A DNA stretch of 63,554 nt, filler included, from Rhabdomonas costata (GCA_019059605.1; 37 parts of 37 records of this genome joined end to end with filler, not necessarily neighbours in it); one strand, 5' to 3'; counted from the first letter of the whole stretch, positions 12,066-25,620 are shown. Numbers and translations: made by a program. The notes: generated from the letters alone by a model not told the origin.

Positions 12066-13241
12066 TTGCGGTGCCTGTGGAAGCTGTGCTTCACCGCGCT
12101 CCAGTGGGCTGAGGAATCTGGGATGGGGCATGCTTCCCTGGCCCCCGCGGTGGTGCAGCAGATCCTGTGCAGCCTTCGTTGGCTCTGGGATGGGTTGGGC
12201 CCGGGTCCCCGGAACGTTCCTGGGGAGCGCCGCCAGGACCAGGACCAGGGCTGTCCCATGGTGGGCCCCTCCTGTCCTGGAATGGGGCTGCTCCAGGCCC
12301 GCGAGCTGGCGTACTGGCTGTGGTTCGCCCTGAGGGGCACTTTGCAGAGGGTACCTGTTCGTGACTCTCCCCTCCCCCTCTCTGCATGGTCATCGGCACA
12401 AGGGCGCACTTGGCCATGCTGCCGGATCCGAACCCTTTTTTCCGGTATGACTAAAGTTTTCGTCATATTGATGCTTCTTATAACACTTGCAAATCACTCC
12501 CCACCCCATCACAGGCACACGCACACTTTGTCCATTTTTGTAGAAGATTTTGAAATCTCTTTCTCTGCGTCGCAGTAGTGATGAACGTTTGAGTTTTCTG
12601 CCGCCTGCTGTTTTTGTGGGACCAAACGGTCGTTTGTTCGCTAACGATTAACCTGTGAATTCTCAGCCTGGACTGTGGTAGTTGGGCTGTCTACGACTGG
12701 GTTTTCCGTGCCGATCTTGGGTGGGGGGTTTGAACAGTCTCCAGGGATCCTTGCTGGGGCTCTCCTTGGAGGGAGCACTGAGCCCCCCGTGGCGTCCTTC
12801 CTGGAGCTGATTCTGAATTACCTCACCCTTCCCGAGCTGGAGTTTAGCTGCCGGTGCTGTGATGCTGCAGTTGTTTGTTCGCTTTATGCTGTCACCCATG
12901 CCCGTTCCATTATTAAGTATGACGACAGGAATTCACAAGCGCGCGCACACACACATGTGGTTGCGCAAGTCCACAAGTGTTTGGTGTTTTTGGTGAACCG
13001 ATCCTCCTTCTCAGGTAACGATTAACGCGCCTCCCATTTGTCCTTTGACCCCTCCCCTGTATTTTCTGCAGTGTTGCGTCCTCATCCGCTGCGCAGGGTA
13101 CTTCCCGGTAGCGTGCTGTCGTTGGCACTAAGCTCAGCGGAAGACTCCGCGGCGCTGTTCTCCAAGGAGGCCAAGGAGACCGCCGACGTGGTGGCTCGCC
13201 TGCTGGCCGGGCTGTGGGAGATATACGACTCAGCCCGAGGA
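12066..13241 (+). CDS. Three exons of an unknown Leu/Ala-rich helical protein
   Basis: GC-rich coding blocks at 12066-12350, ~12667-12852 and ~13072-13241, separated by more AT-rich GT...AG introns. Confidence 0.5.
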
Positions 13242-14766
13242 GGTCTTCTTCCCGCCTTTTCCCCTTTAGGCGTTGCTCATGCTCACATTGTGCTTTTAGT
13301 TTTGTATCATCATAATATTAAGGAAAGTACCGCCAAGGGGCACGGATGGGTACAGGCCTACGCAGCCTTTTTGGGAGGCTCACTGTACATACAAAAGACC
13401 CCGGGCCTGCTTCCACTTCGCCCTCATAATGTTGTGTAATTATCATATTGTTACTTCAACCGGTATCTCCGGTGGCGTGTTGCACCTCCTGTCTGCCCTG
13501 CATTGCCTCAAGGCTTGCCTCTTGAATGAAGATCTTGATGCTGGCTGGGTCACCACCCATCAGAATATCACATCCCACTTTTTCCGGTACCACCTGCAGG
13601 AAAGGGCAATCAAACGGAAATGAAGTGGCCACCAGGTTAGGCGAGACAGGACCTCTCCTCTGTCTCGCCCAACCAACNNNNNNNNNNNNNNNNNNNNNNN
13701 NNNNNNNNNNNNNNNNNNNNNTTAATTAATTAANNNNNNNNNNNNNNNNNNNNNNNNNNNNNNNNNNNNNNNNNNNNGGGGGGGTGTGCCCCTTCTTCCC
13801 TTCTCTGCGTGTGGATTGATGGGTGGGGTGCGTTGGTAAGAAACTGTGATATGATAGCCTTGGGCTGCCCTTTGTTTTCTGCTTCACTGGCTGGGCAAAC
13901 CTCCCCTGGGGTCAGCATTTGTGTGAGGAGCCACGTTTTCACGGTTTTTCAACCATTTTTTTTTGAAATTGATCGGGTGTGTTGTTCTGCAGACGGCATC
14001 GAGGGTATGTGATGTGCCATATGTGTTCTTCCCCTTTGATTTTAAATAAGCACGCCCACGCACACATACGTACAATGAGCTGGTGGCACACCACACTTGG
14101 TACGCTGCTGGTGTGCCAGCTAAAATGGCTTCACCCTTTTGGGTCCGTGGCGGTTTGACGACGTTTTTATACCGTATGCGTCGCCATACTCCAAAAAATG
14201 CAACCGGTCGTGCATGCTCCGTGACTCCTGGTTCTTCCCAAACTTGCATGTTTCTGTGGGGCAATGTCATGCAAGACCCAAATTTCCGCCCGAGGCAACG
14301 TCCCCGCCTTACTGCCCGCGCATACTTGCGGGCCCGCAGCGGCACTGATCTCCACCTCTAAAAAAAGTAGTCCTAATCGTCCCCAAAGCCCGGCATGGAA
14401 CAAGGTGTAAATAATAGTTTTCATAGCAACGCTGAAGGCTAAGCCGAAGTACCCCTGGGGTTAAAGCAGGCCTCCAGGCCTCCTGCGTTGCCAGTGCTTG
14501 GGGTTAGGGGTTTCCTCACCATGTGAACTTGTAAAATAATCAGTGGGAATGACCAAACAGTTTTGCCTTATGCTATGTCTTATAACATTGCTATACTTTA
14601 TAAAACGTTATACCGTTTATCCCCCCCCCAAAAAAAGTGCCCCAGACGGCCTTTTGTCACTCCTATAAGTCATAAAAAATCCAGGCCCTTCTCGGCCCAT
14701 GTGAAGGGGAAAGTACTCAGCTGGGCCGGGGCTGCATATCTAACCTTCCTTTCGTTTTAAGGGTAG

Positions 14767-14810
14767 AGCCCAGGAGCACTTCATGCTGGCACCGGAATGG
14801 GCCTGAATGC
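14767..14810 (+). repeat. Copy of dispersed repeat core CCAGGAGYRCTTCATGCWGGCACCGGARTGGGCCKGAATGC
   Basis: Close matches at 17409-17449, 17585-17628 and, reversed, 63281-63318. Confidence 0.8.
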
Positions 14811-15012
14811 TTCGATTTGCTAGAGCCCTGGAGGCCATTGTTGGGACTGGGTTGCAGGCTGGCAAAGGGGGAATTCATGTTAGTTGGCATACCGGAAGTG
14901 TGCCAAAACCTGATGTGTGTTAGGTGGGGTAAAGTTGTTGAGGAAGAATGTTACGATTTGTTGATGGCAGCGAGTTTCCTTGCGTGAATGCTCACGCGTG
15001 GGGTGTGCGCAG

Positions 15013-15181
15013 GGAAGTGCTTCAGTGTGATGCCCTGCCTGAGGCAGCCCACGCAGAGTGGGCGGTTCCAGTTGTACGTTTTCTCCAACCACCCAGTGCG
15101 GATGAAGAAGACCACCGAGGAGGACGGCGAGGAGGATGAGTACGGCTCCGTACGGATCGCCAACGATCCCCACCATGTCCG
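15013..15181 (+). CDS. Exon resembling the end of calpain domain III (C2-like beta-sandwich)
   Basis: GKCFSVMPCLRQPTQSGRFQLYVFSNHPVRM resembles Y.VVP....P...G.F.L.VFS..P. CAG acceptor and GT donor. Confidence 0.5.
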
Positions 15182-17349
15182 GTGTTGCCACTCCACCACA
15201 CTCCCGCAACCCCCCCCCCTACTCCTTCTCTTTGCCCTCTTCCCCTACTCGCACTTTCTCTACTCGCCCAGTGTCAAATGGGATTTGAATGAAGGCCGCT
15301 TGATGAGCACCGCGCATCTTAAACTCAGGGCACTCGGTGCAAGCAAGGATGGAAGACTCTTGAGAAAGGAGAAAAAACCCAGTGCGTGCACAACCAACAN
15401 NNNNNNNNNNNNNNNNNNNNNNNNNNNNNNNNNNNNNNNNNNNTTAATTAATTAANNNNNNNNNNNNNNNNNNNNNNNNNNNNNNNNNNNNNNNNNNNNC
15501 CCCCCCCCCCTCCCGCAGCCAGGAAGTGATAGTCGTCTGAAGTGAAAGGTAATCGGATCTTGGCAATTTCACACTTGAATAAAACCCTGAGGCGCTAGAA
15601 ACAGAGAGAGAGAGATAGATAGAGAGAGAGAGTTCGGGTCAGCTTGGGGCAGGGGGGCTCGGGGAAAACGGTGAGGGCTTTTTTTCAGGCTTTCCAACGT
15701 GCTCGCCAAGTAAGACTTGACCTCTGGGAGCACCCCACCCCACGCTGGGTGTAGGGGTGTCTCTGTCTTCTTCGTGCGAATGCCTCCCTTGCCTGCTGTC
15801 TGTTGTGAATAACTTTCCCATGCCTTTTGCCGCTCCACGGGTCCTGGGTCTTGTAGACAGTGTGGGCATGCATCGCTTGTGCTGATCAAACAAGAGGAGT
15901 TGTAAGAGGTTATAGAAAAAAGTAGTGTTAAATACTGTGCCAAAATTAATAGTGCATTATTTTTTTCACCGTCGGGCAGGTTTTGTATTTTACACTTCTT
16001 TCCAGTCCGCGTACAAAGGTTCTGAGGTCAGTTGAGGAGGGCATACTTCCGCTCTAAAGTGCGATTTTGTGGTCGGGGTCGCATATATTAACGGGGCCAG
16101 TTGCAACTCATCGGAAGGGACTTATCGGTTCCAATGAGTCCCCGAGATTTTAGGACGTGCTCTTCAGGTTGTGTTTTGGTCCCCTCGGGACAAACGTCCG
16201 CTGCTCAATGATTCAGAAAAGATTTTTCATTAGTCATGAGTCACTTTTGTGAAAGGCCTGTTTCATTTCTTTCTAAATTTCGAAGGAATCCGTGGCTCCG
16301 TGGAAGTGGGAGGCGGTGGCATGGATCCCGATGTGATAGAGAATTCACATGAGCTTTTGCGTGCAGGCTTGGGGGGCATCTGCGTTCTGCACATTTCCCC
16401 TTTCCGGTCTGACTGCTTTTCGGGGACCTGGACCCTCTTTGCTGTGTTTTACCCCTGCACTGTGGAGAGAACCTTGCATTGGCGTGGTGCTCGCTCGTGC
16501 GTATGCTTGCTTTGTTCACGAGGACCCACCGTGGGGGCTTGCCTGTCTTCCTAGGAGTGGTGAGTATTTGAGACTATGTACCCTCAAACTCAAGCTCAAG
16601 CTCATCATGATGGGAAGCAATCGCAACCAACGCTGAAGTCTGAAGTCCGAGCAGAAATCTCCCTTTGACAGGATTTGTCATTTGATCCCCCCTTCCCCTG
16701 CTTCCCGCAGCGATTGCAATTGCTATCTCAAGGTGAACTGGCGGCTGGCCTCATCATTTAAAGGCAATGCTGTCCCGATTGATCGACAAAGGCCCAAAAC
16801 ATTTAAATATTTAACTGCACGAACGTGATTGACCCCTCCTATTAGCAGCAGGTGCAGTGAATGTACATTGCGTCCTCCCTTCGCGGATAGCCGGATAGCC
16901 TTGATGCGCGTATGCCATGCGTAAGTGATTGGAATTCGTTTACTAGTGCATCAGAAGGGACGCAAATAAAAATCCTCGTCTAAAAGGCGAGGGTGACCCA
17001 AAGGTTTGGGTAATCTCCGCCCTCCCCCCTTCACTTTCCTTCGAATAGACCGGAACCGCTTGCGCCAGCTGTGACGCCTTCTACAATGACCCCCCGAACT
17101 GCCTCCTGAGGTGCCCAACCANNNNNNNNNNNNNNNNNNNNNNNNNNNNNNNNNNNNNNNNNNNNTTAATTAATTAANNNNNNNNNNNNNNNNNNNNNNN
17201 NNNNNNNNNNNNNNNNNNNNNGTGGGTGTGATCTTATTGGAAGCTTGTGATCTTATTGGAAGCTTCCCAGCCTCTGACCGCCACTTCGTGCCAAATTGTG
17301 CCATCCACAACAGCTCATTTGTGGGCTTTTCTGGCTTGGCCATATCGTC

Positions 17350-17630
17350 GGGCTTTTGGGTCTTTTGCAGGTCTGCAAACTGAGCCTAAGCTTTCTGCCC
17401 GCTCTCTTCCAGGAGTACTTCATGCAGGCACCGGAGTGGGCCGGAATGCGTCGGTCCATAGCTGCCATAGAGGCCTTCTTTATTGCCTTTACATGCTTTA
17501 CATGGGCCCTCTTTGGGACCTCTGCAGGCCTGCATACTGAGCCTGAGTTTTCCGCCGGGCCTGCCCAGCATATATGAAGCGTATAGCCCAGGAGTGCTTC
17601 ATGCAGGCACCGGAGTTTGCCGGAAGGCTT
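17350..17630 (+). repeat. Two diverged tandem units (~150 bp) of the dispersed repeat family
   Basis: GCAGGYCTGCAWACTGAGCCTRAG ... CCAGGAGTRCTTCATGCAGGCACCGGAGT occurs twice. Confidence 0.8.
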
Positions 17631-17779
17631 GTGTGAGTATTTGGAACTGCCCTTATAATTTTTTGAGGATATTTTCTGCCATTTTCAGCTCTTTCGATTC
17701 CTAGTCGTACCATAAAGAGACCAAACATTCTTGTGTGTATGCGTGTACGTGGAGTGTGCGTTTAAGTTTGGGGGTTAAC

Positions 17780-18401
17780 CTTTCTGAAGTTGCTCCACGA
17801 TGTGGAGGCAGATCATGCCCGCAACGATATCACTGGGAACCATGTCCAGTCCATGGAAGGTGTGGTTCAGCTTCCAGCTGAGCTGACAGTTCAGATGCTC
17901 GGACTCTGCGGGGGAAGGAAGGTGAGGAGGGGAAATGGATCCACTGTCGTTCCCGGAAGTATTCAAGGCGATACCCCCAACAGCCCTAACCCAATCGGAA
18001 CCAAACCAGAGCAGAGGGGCAGCACACGCAAGAATGCGAGCCCTCACCTCTTCATTTCCCTACCGCCACCCAACCCTCCCCACTTCCGATTTCAGAAATA
18101 TTCTCGGCATACCGGAACCTTGAACCGGAATCGTCTGTGGGGAACAAACCCGGACGACTGTACCTATTCATGCAAATCGCTTTAGCCATGCTAAGCGATC
18201 CAAACGGATATTGCTAATCTGTCAGTACTCCCCCCGCCAAGAGCAAGGCTAAATTCAAACGCAACAGCCTCAGCCCGAAGCCCGCTGTCGCATTGAAGTT
18301 CACACACCTGGAGTGCCTGATCCCAGAATGAGCTGAAGACGCCCTCTCCACCTCCTGACGTTGCCCCGCGGGTGGTGCCCCACGCTGTCGTAGAGAATGT
18401 A
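17780..18401 (-). CDS. Diacylglycerol lipase-like fragment (exons 18308-18401, 17780-17882; small exons between are unresolved)
   Basis: HTFHGLDMVPSDIVAGMICL matches the DAGL motif FFRDLD.VPSDI.AGL.LL. The upstream exon reads YDSVG...RRWRGRLQL. Confidence 0.6.
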
Positions 18402-19873
18402 CTGCGCGAGGAAGCAAGAGAGAGAGAGGACAGGGACCCCCACAAATGCAAACGTTGCATGGGGAAGGCGTTTTTGTCCTTCCCCCAGGTTAGTATGGGT
18501 GAGCTGTCGAATGAAGGTGGTCGGACTGACGACTCGAAGGCAAGGTGGTTGCACTGGCGAAAAAAAATTTTGGCCCCGCCTGCCCCGTCCGTGGACTTAA
18601 CAATCTGGAGACGAAGTATTTTCGAAATAGATATCGCACATTTGTGCATTTCATTGGAATCACAAAAGTTCCAAAGAGCGATGCACAGATAAAACCTCGC
18701 CTGGAATTCATTGGAAAGGCGGCCAACGAAGAAGCGTATCGAAAAAATTTTCCCAAATCCGACAGGTTGAGTTCCAGGCACTCATACCCGGGACGTCCGT
18801 GAACTCCCCTCCAACAGAGACAAAAATACCACAACAACCCAAANNNNNNNNNNNNNNNNNNNNNNNNNNNNNNNNNNNNNNNNNNNNTTAATTAATTAAN
18901 NNNNNNNNNNNNNNNNNNNNNNNNNNNNNNNNNNNNNNNNNNNTGTGTGTTTGCAGCGGCCCGTTCTTTGTCGGGGTTGGTGTTGGGTTGGGGAGCATTA
19001 TCGGTCGCCGTGGCTGCTGTTATGGTGGAGCGTAGCGGCGGTTTCCCGCGGCTCTTGTCTCTCTCTCTGTGCTCTTCATCTTCGGCCCGTCGTCACCATA
19101 ACGAAGATGGGAAAGCTGTGCTGTAAATATCCCTTACACGGCGGTTATGCTTCTGATAAACTTTTTTGTTTATTTTGCAGACACTCACTCTCATGCAGAG
19201 AGGCCTTGCATGCAGCTTTTGCTCTGCGGATTGCATTTTTGTTGTAAAACCTTGTACAGCTTGGCGGCCGCTGGGCACAGCTCAGGCCCGTTTGTTAATA
19301 CGGAACCTTTTCTGCCATTTCGAGGGTGGAGGTTGGAATTTGCTCCTTTTTTCCGGGCGCTATACATTTCACGGGCCAAATGTTCACCACCGTTAAAGTT
19401 GAGCAACTGACAAGACAACCAACCTGTCACCTTTTCTCAAGGTGTAATTTTCTGTGCGATGGGCTCGGTAAGCTATGGCCTCCTACCACTTCGGTGGACC
19501 ACCACCCACTGCCAGAGAAGCTGCACAGCCCGGACCGTGGTGCTAACCGACCACACCATTCAGTAAACAAATAAGAAAGGGGAAGAGGAAAACCTTCTCA
19601 CCAAGCGTGCCACACGAAATGGCGAGCCGCACGTCCCAGCAGGACTGGCAGTCCTCTTCATCTTTCTGTAGGGTTTATTCATTTTTAATTTTTTGGACGG
19701 AGCGGTTGGTAACTTCCTTTAAATGCATTTCACTATGTTTTCTGTTGCTCAGCATCTTCTAGCTTTTTTTTGCATCCATCATTGACTCACCTCTGAACGT
19801 GTGATCCGTTCAGACTCCCTTTCGGCGTGTGGGCTTGTACCTTGTACCGAACCGAAGGGGTTCTTTTGCAAAC

Positions 19874-20170
19874 ATGGGGATGTTCTCTGGAATCCTTCTC
19901 GCGGTGATGTCCTCGCTGGTTCCCATGGCCGTGTTCTTCGCCCTGGCCGTCGTCCTGTCCCGGTGGCGGTCCCACCGCCGCACCACAGCCACGCTCCGGA
20001 GCTTTCTTGAGCTCCTGCTGCGGCCGCCATGCCCCAAGGGGAAGGGCACGGCATCCAAGGGGAGTGAATGCGCCGCGGTTCTGGCCAGGTTGCACCCGGA
20101 CCTCCGGAAGGAGGTCGAGCCCCCGGTGCTGGAGGCCTTGCAGGCCGCGGTGGCGGAGCAGTTGGGGAAG
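19874..20170 (+). CDS. Probable first exon of an unknown protein with an N-terminal hydrophobic anchor
   Basis: MGMFSGILLAVMSSLVPMAVFFALAVVLSRWR..., very high GC3, ends at AAG|GTCAAG. Confidence 0.5.
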
Positions 20171-22823
20171 GTCAAGGGGATCCCCTGGAGAGGGGTGCGA
20201 TCAGGGTCTCAGGTATTGCGTGGAAAGGGGAAAGGGAGGGTGTTACCGTCACCAATGGTAGCTGATTCCACTGGTAAAAAGTTTTTTTTGCAGTGCACTA
20301 TACAAGAAACGTTTGCCACTGAAGTCCCGCCCCATTCTACGCCCCCAAACGAGTTCAGTAGTTTTTGCTAACATGCAGGGAGTTCATCACATCGGGCATC
20401 GGGCACTTTTCTAGCAGTTACCGGGCAATATTTGAAGAGAGTTGCGATTGAAACGCAATTTTTTTTTCGTGTTCATGGGCTTTTGGGCTCATTGTCAGCC
20501 CTTTATATAGCAATTTCCTACGGTAGGAAATTGCTATATAAAGGGCTGACAATGGACCCAAAAACNNNNNNNNNNNNNNNNNNNNNNNNNNNNNNNNNNN
20601 NNNNNNNNNTTAATTAATTAANNNNNNNNNNNNNNNNNNNNNNNNNNNNNNNNNNNNNNNNNNNNGGGGTGTTGGGCATGAGTCGGATTCCGTGAGGAGG
20701 TTGGGCGGGGAACAGGGGTTGACCTTGTTCTGTAGAGTTCTTGTGTGTGGACCGGGGACAGAAGACCGCCTGCGCCTGACGCTCTTCACTGTTGCTCCTA
20801 TGTGCAGGTTTGTTGCACTGAAGAAGTCCTCCTTTGTTTTCGTGTCTTCGCGCGCGCGTGTGTGTGGAAACATGTAAACATTTCAATATGATGGATCATC
20901 CCAACCTTACACTGGGGCTCGGTTCAATTGGGGGAAAGGGCGAAAGGTATCCGAGGTCGATGCGTGCTTCTCATCTGTAGTAATACTTTGGCAAGCTGGA
21001 GTTTTATATTTTTTCGAGGGGGGGGGGGGTAATGCATGCACCATTCCGTGGTTTGTGATACTCTGTGTTAAGTTTCTGTTAGTCTGCAGGGCAACATTTC
21101 TGCCAGGACCTCTTGGGCCCCGGAGAGGAGCGGCGGAAATGGGGACATTCCATGGGGAGGGTGATGCTCCGTTTACCAGTGCTAAACTACCAAACCGCTT
21201 ATAGACTTTTATTTTAGGATGTTACCTTCACGGAAAGTGTGTGTGTGTGGGGGGTCAGGTAAACTGTCACAACAACAGTCTTGGGCACATGGACCTTTAA
21301 CTACCTACTTTTTCAGTTAAGGGGCGGTTTACAAAAAAAAGTATAGCAGGCAAACGTTTAGCAGTCGTCGTAGTAGGACTGAATGTTCTGTACTGCTAAG
21401 CGTTTTACGACTCCCACCCCGCCGCCAAATCTCCCAATTTACGACAGCACCTGATAGAGAGGCCCCACCCTAAGAAAATTACAAGTGTCCTGTGAAACCA
21501 ACCAAAGGGGGTAAGTGCAGAGGACGGTGGATGGCGGTTAGACGGTCTCATTTACAATGACATTGGCTTCTGTGGCACACATTCGGAGTTTTGCTCGATT
21601 TTTCAACCCCTTCCAAATTGGTGCACGGCACCACAGACCCTTACACAACCAAACATTGGCGCCAAGCCGTTCCCTTAAACGGAATCTAACTAGCTGAACG
21701 CCCAAACCACAACTCCACAGCGGGAGTTGGGGAACAAAACCGGGAACGGGCCAGAGGTTCCAATGCTGCTCGTATGAACAATGAACACGGCGCGGTGTAT
21801 GTACAAAAAGCCTCATGTATCAGAAGAAGCCTGGGGGGCTCAGAAGGAGCAGGTCGTGGGGTGTGTTCCCTGGCCAACGGCAGGAGCGGAGCAGAGGGTG
21901 TGGCCTTGACCGCTCATCTGCTGCACACGGGCCTCCAGTTCGCGAAGCCGGGCGTCTAGCCGAGAAAAACTAAAAGCACAAGCAGATACAAGCTTGAGGT
22001 ATGCGATTCAAGAGCCCCCATATGATATGTGATATGCCAATCTGCGGTACACCCAGTGTGGAGGTTTGAAAAGGGTCCTGGACACTTTGGGAGGGAGGGG
22101 GCAAACCTAGCAAGAAAAAATTTCAACCGTAGAAATAGTCAGAGATAAACCCCAAAAAATGGAAACAAAAACATTTTTTATATTCAAAAATTTCATAATT
22201 TTCGCCCATGACTGCAAAAAAAACGCAATGCGTCATAACAACACCATACCGTATATTGTCGTTATGCCGTTCAGCACCCCCCCACCNNNNNNNNNNNNNN
22301 NNNNNNNNNNNNNNNNNNNNNNNNNNNNNNTTAATTAATTAANNNNNNNNNNNNNNNNNNNNNNNNNNNNNNNNNNNNNNNNNNNNTTGATGTGGTAAGC
22401 AAAAGGGAAGAGGAACATGTATAACGAGTTGTCACCCCTCACCACCATCCGCCGTCACTACAACCTCTGTATGCCAGCAGTGGCTACGGGCCACATGAGC
22501 CGTGACAACTCGTTATACATGTTCCTCTTCCCTTTTGCTTACCATGGCTGCCAGGCTGCCCTCCCTTCCTTCGTCCTTCCTTCCTTCCTCGAAAAGACCT
22601 TGGTTTTGAGTGGCCATCTGGCCGCACCCCGCCGAGGTGCTGCTATCATCCCGTCATCCTCACTGCTGCCTCTAGTTTTTACTGTGGCTTCTTCTTGCTA
22701 ATGATCATGCCGGGGGCATTCATTTGCGACAAAGTCCGCTAAAGCTCGTAAGTATGCGCGGTCCTGCTTGAATTGCGTCATTCTGACAATCTGTAAATGA
22801 TCTATGCGTTGGCTTTCTCCCAG

Positions 22824-23292
22824 ATGAGATGCAGAAGGCCAAGGAGGCCAAGCGGGCAAGGTGTGCGGGGTTTGCTTTCACTGTGTCGCATTGAAAAGGG
22901 CTGGCGCTTGGCCTTGCTGTCGACTGCGGCTTCTATAAACCGCAGGACCCCGCTATTGGCAATGGGGTGCTCACGTGCGCCTGCAACTGATTGACTTGTG
23001 TGGTCATATCCATAATTCACACGGCGCTGGTGTAAGCACTAGAAAGGTGACTTTGTGATTGGTTTTGGCCGGTGAATGGCGGCCTCTGTGTACCCCCGCA
23101 GTTGCGCAGTTGGGATGTAGTTGCACAGCGCACTCAGAAAAGCCGTTCGTGTGTTTTGAGTGTCGGTTTTCAGCACCTTCGTGTGTGCGCAGCGTGAGCG
23201 TGGAGTCGATGGTCAACTTTGTGAAGCCGCTGAAGCTCGCCTGTGAGTCGCTGGACCCCAAGCTCGCTGTGGCAGCGCTGGACTGCCTGCAG
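22824..23292 (+). CDS. BIG/Sec7-family Arf GEF, N-terminal DCB region (exons 22824-22860, 23193-23292)
   Basis: FVKPLKLACESLDPKLAVAALDCLQ matches P..LAC.S...K....ALDCLQKL. GT-AG boundaries are in phase. Confidence 0.75.
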
Positions 23293-25024
23293 GTCTCTTT
23301 CCCCTCCACCACACTGCTCTCATTTGCCCGAAAATATGGAATCAGTGAGAACCGGGATAGGGGTTGTTCTACAAGTAAGGCAACGGTGTCTTCGGGTACC
23401 TACCCGATTGCCTTCTGTACAGTGCACTGCCGCCTTCGCTGGTATTCCTCTGAAAATTCTTCTATGGTACTTTGCTCCACAGCGCAAGTGTCGGGTCTAT
23501 CTTTTTCCCACCAAACTCTCATCTTATATCGAGGTCCCCGGCGTTTTAAGACTTGGAGTGACTTGTGAACTAGTGTGGCTGCGGGTGTGAATTACCGCGG
23601 TCACCCGCACGACTTCCACTCGAATCCCATGGAAGGTGCGTCGTCTCCCAATACCGCATTATCCCCATTTTGACGGACCCTGTTGGCACTTGACATTACC
23701 CTATCACACTGAATCACCGTTTACGGATTTTATGGAAGGATAAGCAGCAATAATATATTTACATCAAATGCAAGGCAAATGTAAGACAGTGTGTAGGATT
23801 GCGAGAGGAATTGATTGAGGAAGCATCTGCAATACCTGTGGCTGTGGGGGGGGTGCTGTACATTCTATTTCACAGGTGATGGCTCTGTGGGAGTGGGAGC
23901 AGTGCAAGGGAAGGAGCAAGGGAAGGCCAACAGGAAAAACAAACAAACAAGTACCAGGCATTCCCGACCTCGCAACATTATTTTGCAAGTCCTATGCACC
24001 CAAAACCNNNNNNNNNNNNNNNNNNNNNNNNNNNNNNNNNNNNNNNNNNNNTTAATTAATTAANNNNNNNNNNNNNNNNNNNNNNNNNNNNNNNNNNNNN
24101 NNNNNNNGGGGGTGTTTGTTACCTACAATCCCAGTGACGGAAAAACTCCGAATGGGTGCGTAAGTGTAATTTTCTTCCCGTACCTTTGCCTCAGCACATT
24201 CAGAACAACTCCAGTGTATCACACTGATCGTCATCGTGATTTAAAAGAAGAAGAGCAAAAGTGCACTTAAACTTCTTGTTCTCGGGTCGCAATGGGGCGA
24301 GGAAAGAGCGTGGCTCACGCGAGAAAAGAGAAGAGATGGAAAATAAGGGGCAGGGGGAAAAAGCGACTGATTCTTGCTTTGTTACTGAAGCGGTATAGGC
24401 GGTAGCTGCTGAATCACCGCATCCGGCGATCTTTCGCTTCACCACGTTCGCCCGCCCATGCCCATCCCACCGGGGGCGGCGACACCGGGCTGCCCACTGA
24501 AGTGAAAACGATGATCAAAAAGCATTCCCGTAGTTTGCACTTCACCTATACAAACACCCAGTGAAAAGCATGGTCGCTGGCTTTCCCGTCTATGTGGAAA
24601 ATAGCACACCCGGAATGCTTAATCTTTCAAGAAGAGGTATCCACCACTCGACGAAGAGTTTTCTGTAAGCCCCAACTTTGCCATGGCACAAAGTAACATA
24701 AAGTCTGAAAGCCTGTCAGGCCAACCTTCAAATGTGCGCTTCGCTAACCTCACCCAAACGTAACCTCACCAGCGACACCACAAAACTAGGGTAAAAGGAC
24801 TTCTGTTCAAAATGTTACAGGTTAAATCCCTCCGGCTCTGGCAAGCTAGCCTTTAATTTCACGGGAAAGACAAGGGCTACAGCAGTAAAAATGAAGTTTT
24901 CCACTTTCCACGAGACACCCTCCCGTTTCACAGACTTTCAGACAATTGGCTCCACCGTAAAATGAGACTTTTGTCAGAGCAGACAGAGCACACATTCGAG
25001 GGTTGAACGGGCAGTCAGTGTGTC

Positions 25025-25620
25025 GTGATACTTGGGGCTGAAAGAGCACTCCGAAAGTGCTTAACTTCTGTCATAGATGGCTGGGCTCCCTTTTCACGGA
25101 TAGGGAGCTCTGAACTACGACGGGCGGTAAACTTCAGTTTATTGCTGAGATCCCCGCAGATCCCCGCAGCGCGTCGACCGCGCGGTGTCCCAGTGCGTGT
25201 ACTCATTACCACCGTATGCCGCCCCATGTGCGTATATGCTCCTTCTTGGTAGGCGGGTCCCAGTTCGAGTTCGAGCGCGCGTTGGCGCCCGGTGGTCTTT
25301 TCCCACCTTGCCATGGTGACTGCAACGATTGAATATAGTGTATAGCAGTTGAGTAAACGCGCGCTCAACGCGTTAATCATCTCCTCCGAACCCGAAGGGT
25401 CAACTCCCTGGTTTCGAACCTGGAACATGCACTTCGTTAGGCCCTGAAGAGATAGTTGGCACTGGCATACCTGACGAAGCCTGGATTCAGAGCTCGGTCC
25501 CTGTCTCGATGGGCGGACTGGGCATCCAGAACCCATCATTTACCAGAGTCGCAGCTTTCCTCTCCTCCTTTTCTCCTTTCCTCTTCGCTCTTCTCGCTCT
25601 TCAGCCCCTATACTTCGAGC
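25025..25620 (+). mobile_element. Decayed non-LTR retrotransposon RT C-terminal region, CRE/SLACS-like
   Basis: Across frameshifts and stops: ILGAERALRKCL...RIG, VNHLLRT, LEHALR*AL/EEIVGTGIPDEAWIQSSVPVSMGGLGIQNP...AAFLSS (W.Q..LP...GGLG motif). No introns. Confidence 0.6.

Noticed and set aside
17228..17266. Tandem GTGATCTTATTGGAAGCTT duplication
   Set aside because: It lies directly at a primer-tailed contig start and is likely a re-priming artefact.
25385..25425. GGTTTCGAACC as a tRNA T-loop
   Set aside because: No cloverleaf or A-box, and it lies within the decayed RT frame.
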